From Anaerolineae bacterium (GTDB taxonomy: Bacteria; Chloroflexota; Anaerolineae; Epilineales; Epilineaceae): DNA of 40,565 nt. The translations under genes and the position numbers were made by a program. The stretch spans positions 1-40,565 of the forward strand of contig JAJCYU010000038.1 of the NCBI GenBank assembly GCA_029262755.1. Direction: 5' to 3'. Below, piece by piece: positions 28,088-37,020 of this stretch. The notes beneath the pieces were generated by a model that searched no databases, was not told where the DNA came from, and was given only the letters and a program-made list of their open reading frames with translations. Within the stretch, counting starts at the first letter, position 1. Every line of letters starts with the position of its first letter.

Positions 28088-29662
28088 CTAGCGGATGACC
28101 CAGGGCAAGAACAAACGGTTCGCGCGGAGCCCCGCCTCCGGATCCGCGGTCAAATCCACGGTCGGCGACCGGGTCGGCAGGAGATCGCCGGACGTGGCGC
28201 TGGCCGTCGGCTGAGGCTGGCCAAGGGGATCCGGATCCACACCGTCGCAAGGTCCGCGCAGATAGATATCCGCCGAACCGTCGCCCCCGGGCACCAGCTC
28301 GGCGGCGGACGAAGCGAACGCGACGTGCAGGCCGCCGCCGGAGACCGCGATGCCCTCGAAGGTCCGGGCCGCCGCATGCCCCGCCGCGCTCTCGCCGGCG
28401 CTCGTGACGCTCAGGCGGATCGTACGCTCGGCGAGCCGGTCGCGCACGTACACATCGACGTCGTCGTCCGTGTCGTCCGCGCTCAGGCGCGCCGATGACG
28501 CGAAGTAGGCGTAGCGACCGTCCGGCGAAAGGGCGGCCATCGGGCCGCTTGCGCCTGGTGCCTGGCCACCATCGTCCGCAACGCTCACGCGCTCGGTCCG
28601 TCCCCGCTCGCGGTCGCGGACGAAGACGTCGGCCGCCCCGTTCGTGTCGCCGGAAACAAGGTCGGTCGCGAAGGAACTGAAGACGACGTAGCGCCCGTCG
28701 TCCGAGAGCGCCTGCCGCGCACCGGAGGGCGACAGGTTGTCCGCCGGCCCGTCGTCGGCGTCGCGGCTGACGATCGAGAGCACGTTCGTCAGAGAGTCGT
28801 GCACGAATAGGTCCGCGACCCCATTGGTATCCCCCGGCACCAGATCGGGGCGCGTCGACGCGAACACCGTCCAGCGCCCGTTGCGTGAGATGGAGACGGC
28901 GTCCGCTCCGATACGTCCGATGGCGCCGCTATCGCCCGATCCTGTGGGCGCCCCGCGTACGTGGCTGATGCGCTGCGGCCGCGACCCGTCCGCGAGATGC
29001 CGGTACACATCGGATCGATCGTTGAAGTCGCGCCCGTCCAAGGCGTTGCTCGTCGACCAATACGCGATGACGCCCCCGTCCCAGCTCAGCGCCGGCCAAC
29101 GCGAATGGCGATCGCCCCGCACCCCGTCCGGATCCACGTCCAGCACCGTGAGCGGCCCGCCGTCCAGCCTGCGGCGCACGATGCACTCGCGCGCCGGCGC
29201 CGTGAGCGCCGTGGAGCAAACGAGCGGCCCACCCGGCTCCGCACGATTCACCCGCGTCGCGTAGACGAGCACGGCGCCGTCCGCCGAGAGAAACGCATCG
29301 CCCGCCCCGACGCCCGCATCCCGGGACCGTGGCTCCGACCAGGTGACGCGCCGGGTGACCCCCTCCAGGCGGTCGCGCAGGTAGAGGTCCATATTGCCGT
29401 TGGTATCGGCGGTCTCGAGCGCGGCGGTCGTGCCGAAGACGACGTAGCGACCATCCGCGGACATCGTCGGCGCCTGGTCTTGGCCGATGGATGCACGTCC
29501 GTCCTGATCGACGCTGATGCGCTCCGTGCAAAAGGGGCGCGTCAGGAAGGGTGATTCCTCTTGGGCCGCCGCGTCGCGGCCGCCCAAGAAGCCCGTCCCA
29601 AGGAAGAACACGACGACGAGCGTGACGACGAGCGCGACGAGCACCATGCGTTGTGCGTTCAT
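28088..29662 (-). CDS. Secreted TolB-like/PD40 beta-propeller protein with DTN..DVF repeats, Pro/Thr linker and terminal LFLPWV motif
   Basis: Signal peptide from ATG 29662 (MNAQRMVLVALVV...AAAQE). Repeated SADGRYVVF / SPDGRY and LVPGDTNGVADLF / LVSGDTNGAADVF. Confidence 0.82.
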   Translation of the reverse strand: MNAQRMVLVALVVTLVVVFFLGTGFLGGRDAAAQEESPFLTRPFCTERISVDQDGRASIGQDQAPTMSADGRYVVFGTTAALETADTNGNMDLYLRDRLEGVTRRVTWSEPRSRDAGVGAGDAFLSADGAVLVYATRVNRAEPGGPLVCSTALTAPARECIVRRRLDGGPLTVLDVDPDGVRGDRHSRWPALSWDGGVIAYWSTSNALDGRDFNDRSDVYRHLADGSRPQRISHVRGAPTGSGDSGAIGRIGADAVSISRNGRWTVFASTRPDLVPGDTNGVADLFVHDSLTNVLSIVSRDADDGPADNLSPSGARQALSDDGRYVVFSSFATDLVSGDTNGAADVFVRDRERGRTERVSVADDGGQAPGASGPMAALSPDGRYAYFASSARLSADDTDDDVDVYVRDRLAERTIRLSVTSAGESAAGHAAARTFEGIAVSGGGLHVAFASSAAELVPGGDGSADIYLRGPCDGVDPDPLGQPQPTASATSGDLLPTRSPTVDLTADPEAGLRANRLFLPWVIR

Positions 29663-29717
29663 AGCGGCTTGGACGCCCCCTTCACGGAACAAGGGACGGC
29701 TAGACCTCCCCCAACTT

Positions 29718-31034
29718 CTACACCGCCCCCAACACCGTCCGCACATGTGCCTCGATTCCGTCCAGCGCGACCTCGCCCTGCTCGCCGGCCACCAAGTCCT
29801 TGACCATCGCCGTGCCCGCCGCAAGCTCCGTCTCGCCGATGATCATGGCGAAGCGTGCCCCGGAGCGGAAGGCTGCCTTCATCTGCTTGCGCAGGTTCTT
29901 GGAACCATAGTCGCATTGCGCGCCGATACCCGCCGCGCGCAAGCGCGCGCACAGACCGACGGCCGCGCGCTTCGTCGGCTCGTCGAAGTAGACGGCGAAA
30001 ACCTCGGGATCGCGCAGGCCGGGCGGCGCGATGTCCATGCCGCGCAGCACCGCAATCGCGCGCTCGATGCCCGCACCGAAGCCGACGCCGGGGGTCGGTT
30101 GGCCGCCGAGGAGCTCGATGAGGCCGTCGTAGCGTCCGCCGCCGCACAACGCGCTCTGCGCGCCGATGCCCTCGACGTGGATCTCGAACACCGTGCGCGC
30201 GTAGTAGTCGAGCCCGCGCACGAGGCGCGGATCGACCGCATAGGCCAGGCCGTTGTCGTCCAAGTACGTGCGCAGGGTCGCGAAGTGCTCGCTGCTCGCT
30301 GCGTCGATGTGATCGGCCAGCAACGGTGCGTCTTCGAGCATCGCGCGTGTACGCTCTTCTTTGCTGTCGAAGACCCGCAGCGGGTTCTTGGCCAAGCGCT
30401 CGCGGTCAATCTCGGGCAGGTCGGCACTACGTGCCTGCAACCACGGCACGAGGACGTCCGAGACGTAAGCCTTGCGCGCGGCAGGGGCGCCGATCGAGTT
30501 GAGCTGGAAGCGCAGCCCCTTCATCCCAAGGGCCGAAAAGTAATCCCAGAGCAAAGACATGATCTCGAAGTCGGCGAGCGGGTCGGACTCGCCGATGCAC
30601 TCACAGTTGAACTGGCTGTGCTGCCGGTAGCGGTTGGCCTGCGGGCGCTCGTAGCGGAAGACCGGTCCGATCGTGTACAGCTTGACCGGCTGCGGCCAGC
30701 TGCCCATGCCGTTCTGCAGATAGGCGCGCGCGAAGCCGGCGGTGAACTCCGGGCGCAGCGTGAGCGCGTCGGAGGTCGGGCGCGGCCGAAAGGTGAACAT
30801 CTCCTTCTCGACGATATCGGGACCGGCGCCGACGCCCCGCGCGAAGAGCTCCGTGTGCTCGTAGGCCGGCAGCTCGACCGGGCGATACCCGTAGCGCGCG
30901 GCCACCTCGCGCGCCGTGTCCTCGATCCAGCGCCAATACGCGGCATCGCTCGCGCCGCCGGGATCCTGATGCCCGGGGATGCGCGGCTCGGGCAGGATGT
31001 CTTGGGTTCCGGTCGGTCGTTGGTAGTCGGCCAT
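29718..31034 (-). CDS. hisS: Histidine--tRNA ligase
   Basis: GTQDILP, KEMFTF, LRPEFTA, FRYERPQ..RYRQ, LVRGLDYY, GGGRYDGL and GFG.GIER, plus anticodon domain. Confidence 0.98.
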   Translation of the reverse strand: MADYQRPTGTQDILPEPRIPGHQDPGGASDAAYWRWIEDTAREVAARYGYRPVELPAYEHTELFARGVGAGPDIVEKEMFTFRPRPTSDALTLRPEFTAGFARAYLQNGMGSWPQPVKLYTIGPVFRYERPQANRYRQHSQFNCECIGESDPLADFEIMSLLWDYFSALGMKGLRFQLNSIGAPAARKAYVSDVLVPWLQARSADLPEIDRERLAKNPLRVFDSKEERTRAMLEDAPLLADHIDAASSEHFATLRTYLDDNGLAYAVDPRLVRGLDYYARTVFEIHVEGIGAQSALCGGGRYDGLIELLGGQPTPGVGFGAGIERAIAVLRGMDIAPPGLRDPEVFAVYFDEPTKRAAVGLCARLRAAGIGAQCDYGSKNLRKQMKAAFRSGARFAMIIGETELAAGTAMVKDLVAGEQGEVALDGIEAHVRTVLGAV

Positions 31035-31100
31035 GGTGTCCTCGCATTGGCAAGCCCGGACAGGCGGGCCGTAGTATACGCGCCTGCCCGGCATTGGCCC

Positions 31101-31160
31101 GCGCCCCGCGCACTACCTGCGCCCCGTACACTGCAGGCGCCCCGTACACTGCAGGCGCCA
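31101..31160. repeat. 18-bp tandem repeat in the hisS/MFS divergent intergenic region
   Basis: GCGCCCCGCGCACTACCT, two exact copies of GCGCCCCGTACACTGCAG, then partial GCGCCA. Confidence 0.85.
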
Positions 31161-31278
31161 CGAACGGGCGACCCCGTTTCACCCTGCGCCCGTTTCCAAT
31201 TCTTAGGCACCTGATTCTTACACCTAGCCCCATCTGCTGCTTGCCCGTACTCACCTCTGCCTGAATGCCGGACGATCC

Positions 31279-32487
31279 ATGCACCTGCGCCGCATGCTGC
31301 GCCCAAGCCCGATTCCCCGTGCGCCCGGCGTCAGCCGCCGCCTGGTCGGCGTCGGGCTCGCCGCCCGATTCTTCGACGAGCTGCTATCGGGTCTACCCGA
31401 CGTCCTCATGCCGACGATCCGCGAGGCCCTCGGGCTTTCCTACGCGGAGGTCGGGCTGCTGCGCTTCGCGATGGACATGGTCGCCACCGTCGTCGAGCCG
31501 GTGAACGGCCTCTTGCTCGACGTTTGGCCGCGTCGGATCATCATGAGCTTCGGCGCGTTCGGCATCGGGGCCGCGTTGCTCGTGATGGGCTTCGCGACCG
31601 GCCTGCCGCCGCTACTCGTGGGCTACGGCCTATACGGGCTCGGTACGGGACCCTTGGCCCACACCGGCGACGTGCTGCTGGTCGAAGCGCATCCCCAGGC
31701 CCCGGAACGCATCTTTGTGCGCGCCAACGTGTTGGACACCATCGGCGCGCTCCTGGCGCCCTTGCTCGTTGTGGCGACGACGAGTGCGCGTCTTGGCTGG
31801 CGCGCCCCGTTGATTGGCTGCGGCGTGCTGGGCCTCGCGTACGGCGCGTGGATCGCGGGCACCCGATTCCCGCGGCGCGTGCCTTCCGCGGGCGAGGCGG
31901 AAGAGCGCCTCGCGACCACGCTGCGCCGCCATCTGCGCGAAGTGCTCGCTGATCGCGCGGCCCGGCGATGGCTGGCCATCCTGCTCGCGCTGTCGGTTAG
32001 CGACGCCGCCTACGTGTTTCTCACCGTTTGGCTAGCCGATGCGGGCGGCATGACACAGGCCCAGGTCGGCGCCTATGCCGCGATGTCGATGACGGTCACC
32101 CTCGGCGCGATCGTCGTCCTTGACCGCGTCCTGACGCACATCGACGGGCGCAAAGTACTGCTGTTCGCCTGCCTGGGACTGCTCGCCCTCTACCCGGCGT
32201 GGCTTCAGGCGCCCACGATCGCGTGGCGCTTCGCGCTCGGCGTACCGGTCGCCTTCCTCGCGGCCTTGCCCTGGCCGCTTGCTCGCTCGCGCGCGTTGGC
32301 CGCGCTTCCAGGCCGCGCGGGTACGGTAACGGCCATCCAGGGCGTGTACGGCATCATGCCCATCGCCCTCCTGATGGGCTGGGCGGGCGAACGCTACGGC
32401 CTGACCACCGCGTTCGGCGCCACATTGATCGGCGCGACAGCCGCCATGGCCGTGCTGGCCGGCCTCGCGATCCGGACCGAGGTGTGA
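31279..32487 (+). CDS. Major facilitator superfamily transporter
   Basis: About 12 hydrophobic segments; MFS motif A-like GLLLDVWPRR and its second-half counterpart LDRVLTHIDGRK. Confidence 0.85.
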   Translation: MHLRRMLRPSPIPRAPGVSRRLVGVGLAARFFDELLSGLPDVLMPTIREALGLSYAEVGLLRFAMDMVATVVEPVNGLLLDVWPRRIIMSFGAFGIGAALLVMGFATGLPPLLVGYGLYGLGTGPLAHTGDVLLVEAHPQAPERIFVRANVLDTIGALLAPLLVVATTSARLGWRAPLIGCGVLGLAYGAWIAGTRFPRRVPSAGEAEERLATTLRRHLREVLADRAARRWLAILLALSVSDAAYVFLTVWLADAGGMTQAQVGAYAAMSMTVTLGAIVVLDRVLTHIDGRKVLLFACLGLLALYPAWLQAPTIAWRFALGVPVAFLAALPWPLARSRALAALPGRAGTVTAIQGVYGIMPIALLMGWAGERYGLTTAFGATLIGATAAMAVLAGLAIRTEV

Positions 32488-32550
32488 GCATTGGAAGCGT
32501 GGGCTTCCGATGCGCGAGATTCGAGGGCCCCGCAGAGGCTTTCAGCCCCC

Positions 32551-35500
32551 TCAGTCCGTGCGTCGGGACCGCAACCGTTGTCGCGTGACGAGCCCGCGTG
32601 CGATCTCTTCCCCACCGGCCGGGTCGTAGACGACGATGCGCAAATCGTAGGTGCCGGTGGGTAGATCGGCAGGCAGATCGATCCAGCGGCGGTCGCGCAC
32701 CGGCCGCGCCGGCGCCCACGTGGTGGGCGGGCTGAAGCCGTAGAGCGGCGCTTTGTCGTCCTGCACGAGCGGCGTCGGATCCTGGACGCCGGCCGCCTCG
32801 TCGCGCAGGTGCTCCGGATCCTCGTCCGATGGGTCTCCTGCCGTCTCTGCTGGGTCCTCCGGCTCGGACGCTGGATCCAGCAGGCGAAGGGACACCTTGA
32901 AGTCACGCTCCGGCGTCGTGTCCGGCCACCAGGTCATCGATACCAAGAGCTGGTCACCCTCCCGGCTTAGCTCGACGTCGTGCAGCGCGATGCCCGGAGC
33001 GCGAAGCACGGGTTCCTCGTCGGGCGGGGAGGCATCGAGGTCGGACGGAGCGCGCACGCGGATCGGGCCGATGTACACCGGGCCGAGGGCACGGCCGCCT
33101 GCGCTCTCGGCGGGGATCTCGTCGCCGTCCTCGTCCAACATGCGCATGCGCAAGAAATACGCACCCGGTCCCGTGGCTTCGGGCACTTCCAAGACGAGCG
33201 ACTGCGCATCCGCGAGCGGCTCGGTCAGCACCGCGAGCACGTCCGGAACACCGAAGATCGCCGCCGCCGGCGAAACGAGGGCCACTTCGAGAGCACGATC
33301 GTCGTCCCGCTGTGACCAGGCCGGAGAGACGAGCAACGAGCCCCCGGCCTTGACCGGGCCCTCATCGGCCGAGGTATTGATTCCGGTCAGCCGCGTTCCG
33401 TCGAAGTCGACGCCGTCGACCGGGATGTGCGGCCACGGTGCAAGGGGCCAATCCAGAACCGTCAGGGGCGGGCTCTCGGTATCGATCGCGCCCAGCCCCG
33501 TCGGGACGAAGCGGGCCGCGAGCACGCTGAGTGCAAGGCAGAGGCCGACGGCGCCGAGCGCGCGCCAGCCGCGACCACGCTCGGTGAGCCAAAGCGCGAC
33601 CAATACGAGCATGGCGGCCACCGACAGCAGCTCGGACATGGCGCGCAGCGTGCTGCGACCCAACCACAAGCGCAGCGTGTGCGCGCCGGGCGGCGCCTCC
33701 ACGACCAGCCAGCCCGAGCCCGCCTCAGCGCCTGCTTCCTTGGGTACCCCTTCGTCCAGCGCATAGTGCCAGCCGGGAAAGGCGAAGGTCGGGAATGCCA
33801 ACTCGGCATCGTCCGGCCCGCCGATTTCGATCTGCCACTCCTGCATGTCCACTTCGTGCCGCAGCAGCGTGGCCGATTGCAGCGTGCCGCTCAGCGCGCG
33901 CGGGTCGCCGTCGCGACCCAACGTCACGTCGACGGATGTATAGGGTCGCGGTTCGACGGCGGCCGGCAAATACTCGCCGCGTACCGTCGAGCCGATGCTG
34001 CCGGAGAGCAACTCGAAGGCCTGCACGTCGCCCCGGCTCGGCGGCGCGACCGTGATGATCTCCGGCGTGAGCGCGAGCATCGATCCGGCGGTGAGGGCCG
34101 TCGCACAGACCGCCGCGACGAGCCATGCGACGAGCACGGGACGCGGTGCGCGCCCCAAGGCCGACGAGCGCTGCTCTCGCCGGCCATACGGGTCCTCGCG
34201 CTCTCCGACGGGATCGGTGAGACCGCCCGTTGCCCACGCGGCCAATGCCGGTGCGAGGGGCGCGGCGAGCATCGCGAGCGCGAGCGCCTGGACGGACAGC
34301 CAGCGCCATGGGAACTGCGCGTAGGCGATCAACGGCGCGACCCGCCAGATCGGCGCCGACAGTGCCGTCATCATAAGCGTTGTGATCAGCGCCACGGTAG
34401 CCCAGAACGCGACCGCACGGCCCGCGTCCTTGGGCGCCCCCGCGGCGTGGGCTGCCGCGCCCTCTCGCCGAAGGCCGAACGTGACGAGCGCGAAGCCGGC
34501 GAGCGCAAGGAGTGCCTGGAGCAGGCCGGTAAAGGCCGGCGCGCCGGCCTCCGCGTCGTAATCCGGCGTCAGGTCGAGCTGCAGCAGCTCGAAGCCGAGG
34601 AAATGGTTGCGGTAGTCGAAGTAGCCGGTCGTGCTCGCGCCCAGCTGCACGGCTTCGCGCTCCGCCAACGCCGGAAGCCAGAACCACGCCGCGAGCGCTG
34701 CCCCCAACATCATGCATGCGCCGAGCACAAAGGGCCGGAAGCGAAGCGTCGCGAGCCAGGGCCACATCCGCCATTCGAGGCGGGCCAAGCTCGTCTCGAG
34801 CGTAGCGACCCACGAGCGTGCCTCGGCACCGTAGCGCGCAGATGGTGCAAGCCTCGCACCGCCCACGGAGGTCACGCCCTCAGCCTCCGGCGGCGGCCCC
34901 GACGGCCATGCGAGGGAAGGCGTACGCGTGAGGCCCCGCCACAGGGCGTACGCGAGCAACACGGGCAGGAACAGCACCGCCGAGATGTTGTGGGCCAGGA
35001 GCAGCAACGCGATGGCCGTAGCCAGCCCGGCGGCGCGACGGGGCGTTGGCCGCGCGGCCACGGCGTCGACCGCCACCAAGACCCACGGGAACAGGGCGTA
35101 GGCGGCCAGCTCCGCCATAGCGTCACCGCGGGCGTACACGTTGACCATGTGATACGGGGCAAATGTGTAGCTCGCGGCCGCCAAGAGACCCGCCGCGTGG
35201 GAGCGCCAGGTATCGCGCGCAAGCCGGTATGCGCCCCAGCCGGCCGCTAGGAAACAGAGGGCCTGGCTGACCTTGATGGCCCCGACCACGCCGCCGCCCA
35301 GTGCCGCGATCAGACCGGCCCACAGGTAGACCAGCGGCGCATAGTAGTTCCAGAAGGGATAGCCGAGCCCATAGGCCGCGTCCGGCATCCAGCGCGGCGG
35401 CAGGTGCATGTCGTTGATGGCCAACGCCATTTGGTGCACCCGTAGCAGGTTGAAGGGGCTATCGCCGGCCGCCCGCGTGGCTACGATACCCGGGGCGAGC

Positions 35501-35592
35501 AGCGCCGGCGCCAGCGCGGCGAGCGCGAGCAGGCTCACCGCGATCCACGGCAGGGCGCGCACGAGCCTTCGGCGCAGCCCGAAGCCGCTCAT
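32551..35592 (-). CDS. Large polytopic membrane protein, PTPS-related/YfhO-like (GT-C fold) with C-terminal Ig-like domains
   Basis: PRWMPD..YGLGYP.WNYYAPL, Y.FAPYH..NVY.RG..AE, AW.WLPAL.E, QFPWR, EYLP and FPGW; C-terminal repeats V.L.W...VSL.L...P...G.Y.L. Confidence 0.78.
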   Translation of the reverse strand: MSGFGLRRRLVRALPWIAVSLLALAALAPALLAPGIVATRAAGDSPFNLLRVHQMALAINDMHLPPRWMPDAAYGLGYPFWNYYAPLVYLWAGLIAALGGGVVGAIKVSQALCFLAAGWGAYRLARDTWRSHAAGLLAAASYTFAPYHMVNVYARGDAMAELAAYALFPWVLVAVDAVAARPTPRRAAGLATAIALLLLAHNISAVLFLPVLLAYALWRGLTRTPSLAWPSGPPPEAEGVTSVGGARLAPSARYGAEARSWVATLETSLARLEWRMWPWLATLRFRPFVLGACMMLGAALAAWFWLPALAEREAVQLGASTTGYFDYRNHFLGFELLQLDLTPDYDAEAGAPAFTGLLQALLALAGFALVTFGLRREGAAAHAAGAPKDAGRAVAFWATVALITTLMMTALSAPIWRVAPLIAYAQFPWRWLSVQALALAMLAAPLAPALAAWATGGLTDPVGEREDPYGRREQRSSALGRAPRPVLVAWLVAAVCATALTAGSMLALTPEIITVAPPSRGDVQAFELLSGSIGSTVRGEYLPAAVEPRPYTSVDVTLGRDGDPRALSGTLQSATLLRHEVDMQEWQIEIGGPDDAELAFPTFAFPGWHYALDEGVPKEAGAEAGSGWLVVEAPPGAHTLRLWLGRSTLRAMSELLSVAAMLVLVALWLTERGRGWRALGAVGLCLALSVLAARFVPTGLGAIDTESPPLTVLDWPLAPWPHIPVDGVDFDGTRLTGINTSADEGPVKAGGSLLVSPAWSQRDDDRALEVALVSPAAAIFGVPDVLAVLTEPLADAQSLVLEVPEATGPGAYFLRMRMLDEDGDEIPAESAGGRALGPVYIGPIRVRAPSDLDASPPDEEPVLRAPGIALHDVELSREGDQLLVSMTWWPDTTPERDFKVSLRLLDPASEPEDPAETAGDPSDEDPEHLRDEAAGVQDPTPLVQDDKAPLYGFSPPTTWAPARPVRDRRWIDLPADLPTGTYDLRIVVYDPAGGEEIARGLVTRQRLRSRRTD

Positions 35593-36788
35593 CGTGCGCC
35601 CTCGACGTAGGCGATGCCGAAGAGCCAGCTTCCCACGAGCGCGGCGAGCGCGAACGCGGCCCAGCCGGATTGATCGATCAAGGTGGCCAGCGCGCGCTCA
35701 GCACGGGTCGGCTCGACCGACGCCGCCGGGTCGTCGTCGGCTCCCCGATCCGCACCTGTCGCTGCCACCCCACCGCGCGCGATGCGGGTTGCGGCGGCGG
35801 AGATGGTCGCGGCCGGATCGGGCACCTCGCCCAGCGACTCCGCGCGCGCCGTCGCCTCCACGGCCACGGAAAGCGCAAGTCCTTGGAGCCGAGACGCGGC
35901 GATAGCGGGGTCCTCGGTAACCGTGGGCACGGGCGTGATCGGGGTAAGCGTCGGCCACGGGAGGCGCGTCGCGGTCCCCGTCGGCTCACCGGCCGGCCCG
36001 AGGACCTGCAGGCACATGCCGTCCCAACGCGATACGTTGTGGCGCAAGATCCGCAGCGGCTGGCCGCGGCTGAACAACGTCACGACCGAGCGCTCCGACA
36101 CGGACTCCACGACCAACGGCTGCCACGCGTCCGTGATCGTTATGGGCGAGGTCCAGCTCACGGCTTCACCATTGGGATCCTCGCCGCCGCGGGGATCGAT
36201 GCCCAGCGTATAGGCGTAGGTTCCCGGCGGCTCCGAGAAAGCCTCTTTGTCCCCATTGGTCGCCCACGCGTAGACCCATGCGCGGGCTAGAATCTGGCTG
36301 CCTGCCGGAACCGCGACGCGCTGCCACAGCCCGCCGGTATGCGTGGCGTCGTCCGTCGAGATCTCGGCGCTCCAAACACCAAGACCGACCCTTCGACCGC
36401 CGGCCTCGTCGTCCCCCGCCCGTGCGCGGCGAGGCTGGAAGTGCGGAGGGTAGTTCAGGCCGTCGACGCCGGGTACCGTTGCGAACCACGGCGACCAACC
36501 GATCGGCACTCGTTCCTCGGCCCGTGGGCCCTGCTGGACTCCCTCTTCGAAGCCAGGGTTGACGAGCAGGTTGCCGGGGCATGGCGCGGGGTCGGGCCGA
36601 GCGGCCGTTGCGACGCCCGCAGCGCGATGTCCGATGCCGAGCGCCGCGGTAGCTCCGACAATCGCGGCGACGGCAATGGCGGCAACGACCGGAGCACGAA
36701 GTCCGGCGGCCGGAGCACAGCGGGACGCGCCCGCGAGGCCGTGACGCACGCGCATCACCAGCTCCCGCTCAAGAATGCCGCCGCCCAT
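35589..36788 (-). CDS. Surface protein with carbohydrate-binding-like domain, Thr/Pro-rich linker and C-terminal TM anchor
   Basis: RBS GAGGAG..GGA before ATG 36788; N-terminal hydrophobic segment; NLLVNPGFEEG...GW.PW...GGLWQ.V.V...GIDP.GG.DP; C-terminal TM helix. Its stop overlaps the next ATG. Confidence 0.7.
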   Translation of the reverse strand: MGGGILERELVMRVRHGLAGASRCAPAAGLRAPVVAAIAVAAIVGATAALGIGHRAAGVATAARPDPAPCPGNLLVNPGFEEGVQQGPRAEERVPIGWSPWFATVPGVDGLNYPPHFQPRRARAGDDEAGGRRVGLGVWSAEISTDDATHTGGLWQRVAVPAGSQILARAWVYAWATNGDKEAFSEPPGTYAYTLGIDPRGGEDPNGEAVSWTSPITITDAWQPLVVESVSERSVVTLFSRGQPLRILRHNVSRWDGMCLQVLGPAGEPTGTATRLPWPTLTPITPVPTVTEDPAIAASRLQGLALSVAVEATARAESLGEVPDPAATISAAATRIARGGVAATGADRGADDDPAASVEPTRAERALATLIDQSGWAAFALAALVGSWLFGIAYVEGAR

Positions 36789-37020
36789 TCCTTGCTCCTC
36801 GTGCCTGAAGTCCGGTGCTCGTCCACATGATTCGTACTCCGGGCGAAGCAACCAATCGGTTCTCGCCGGCCGCGGGTAGCCCTGGCGGCCGGCGCAGCGG
36901 GTCCCTGTACATATGGCCGAACAACGCGTCGCCCGACCACGTGCGCCGTGCGGCCCGCCATTATAGTCGGCCCAACGGCCATCCCCGCCCCGCGTGGGCG
37001 CGCGCATGAATCGTCGGCGT

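Noticed and set aside
31101..31160. Repeat tract considered as a mini CRISPR array
   Set aside because: Units are 18 bp and directly adjacent with no spacers, and there are no cas genes in the window.
29517..31214. 565 aa plus-strand ORF antisense to hisS, and many similar long antisense or alternate-frame ORFs (e.g. 3913-5055, 8171-9493, 33427-35250, 24132-25844)
   Set aside because: These are expected shadow ORFs in high-GC DNA. They overlap well-supported genes and show no recognisable motifs.
31035..31278. T-box riboswitch upstream of hisS
   Set aside because: No GGTGGnACCGCG T-box consensus or terminator is seen on the minus strand, and the probable -10 is only about 40 nt from the start.
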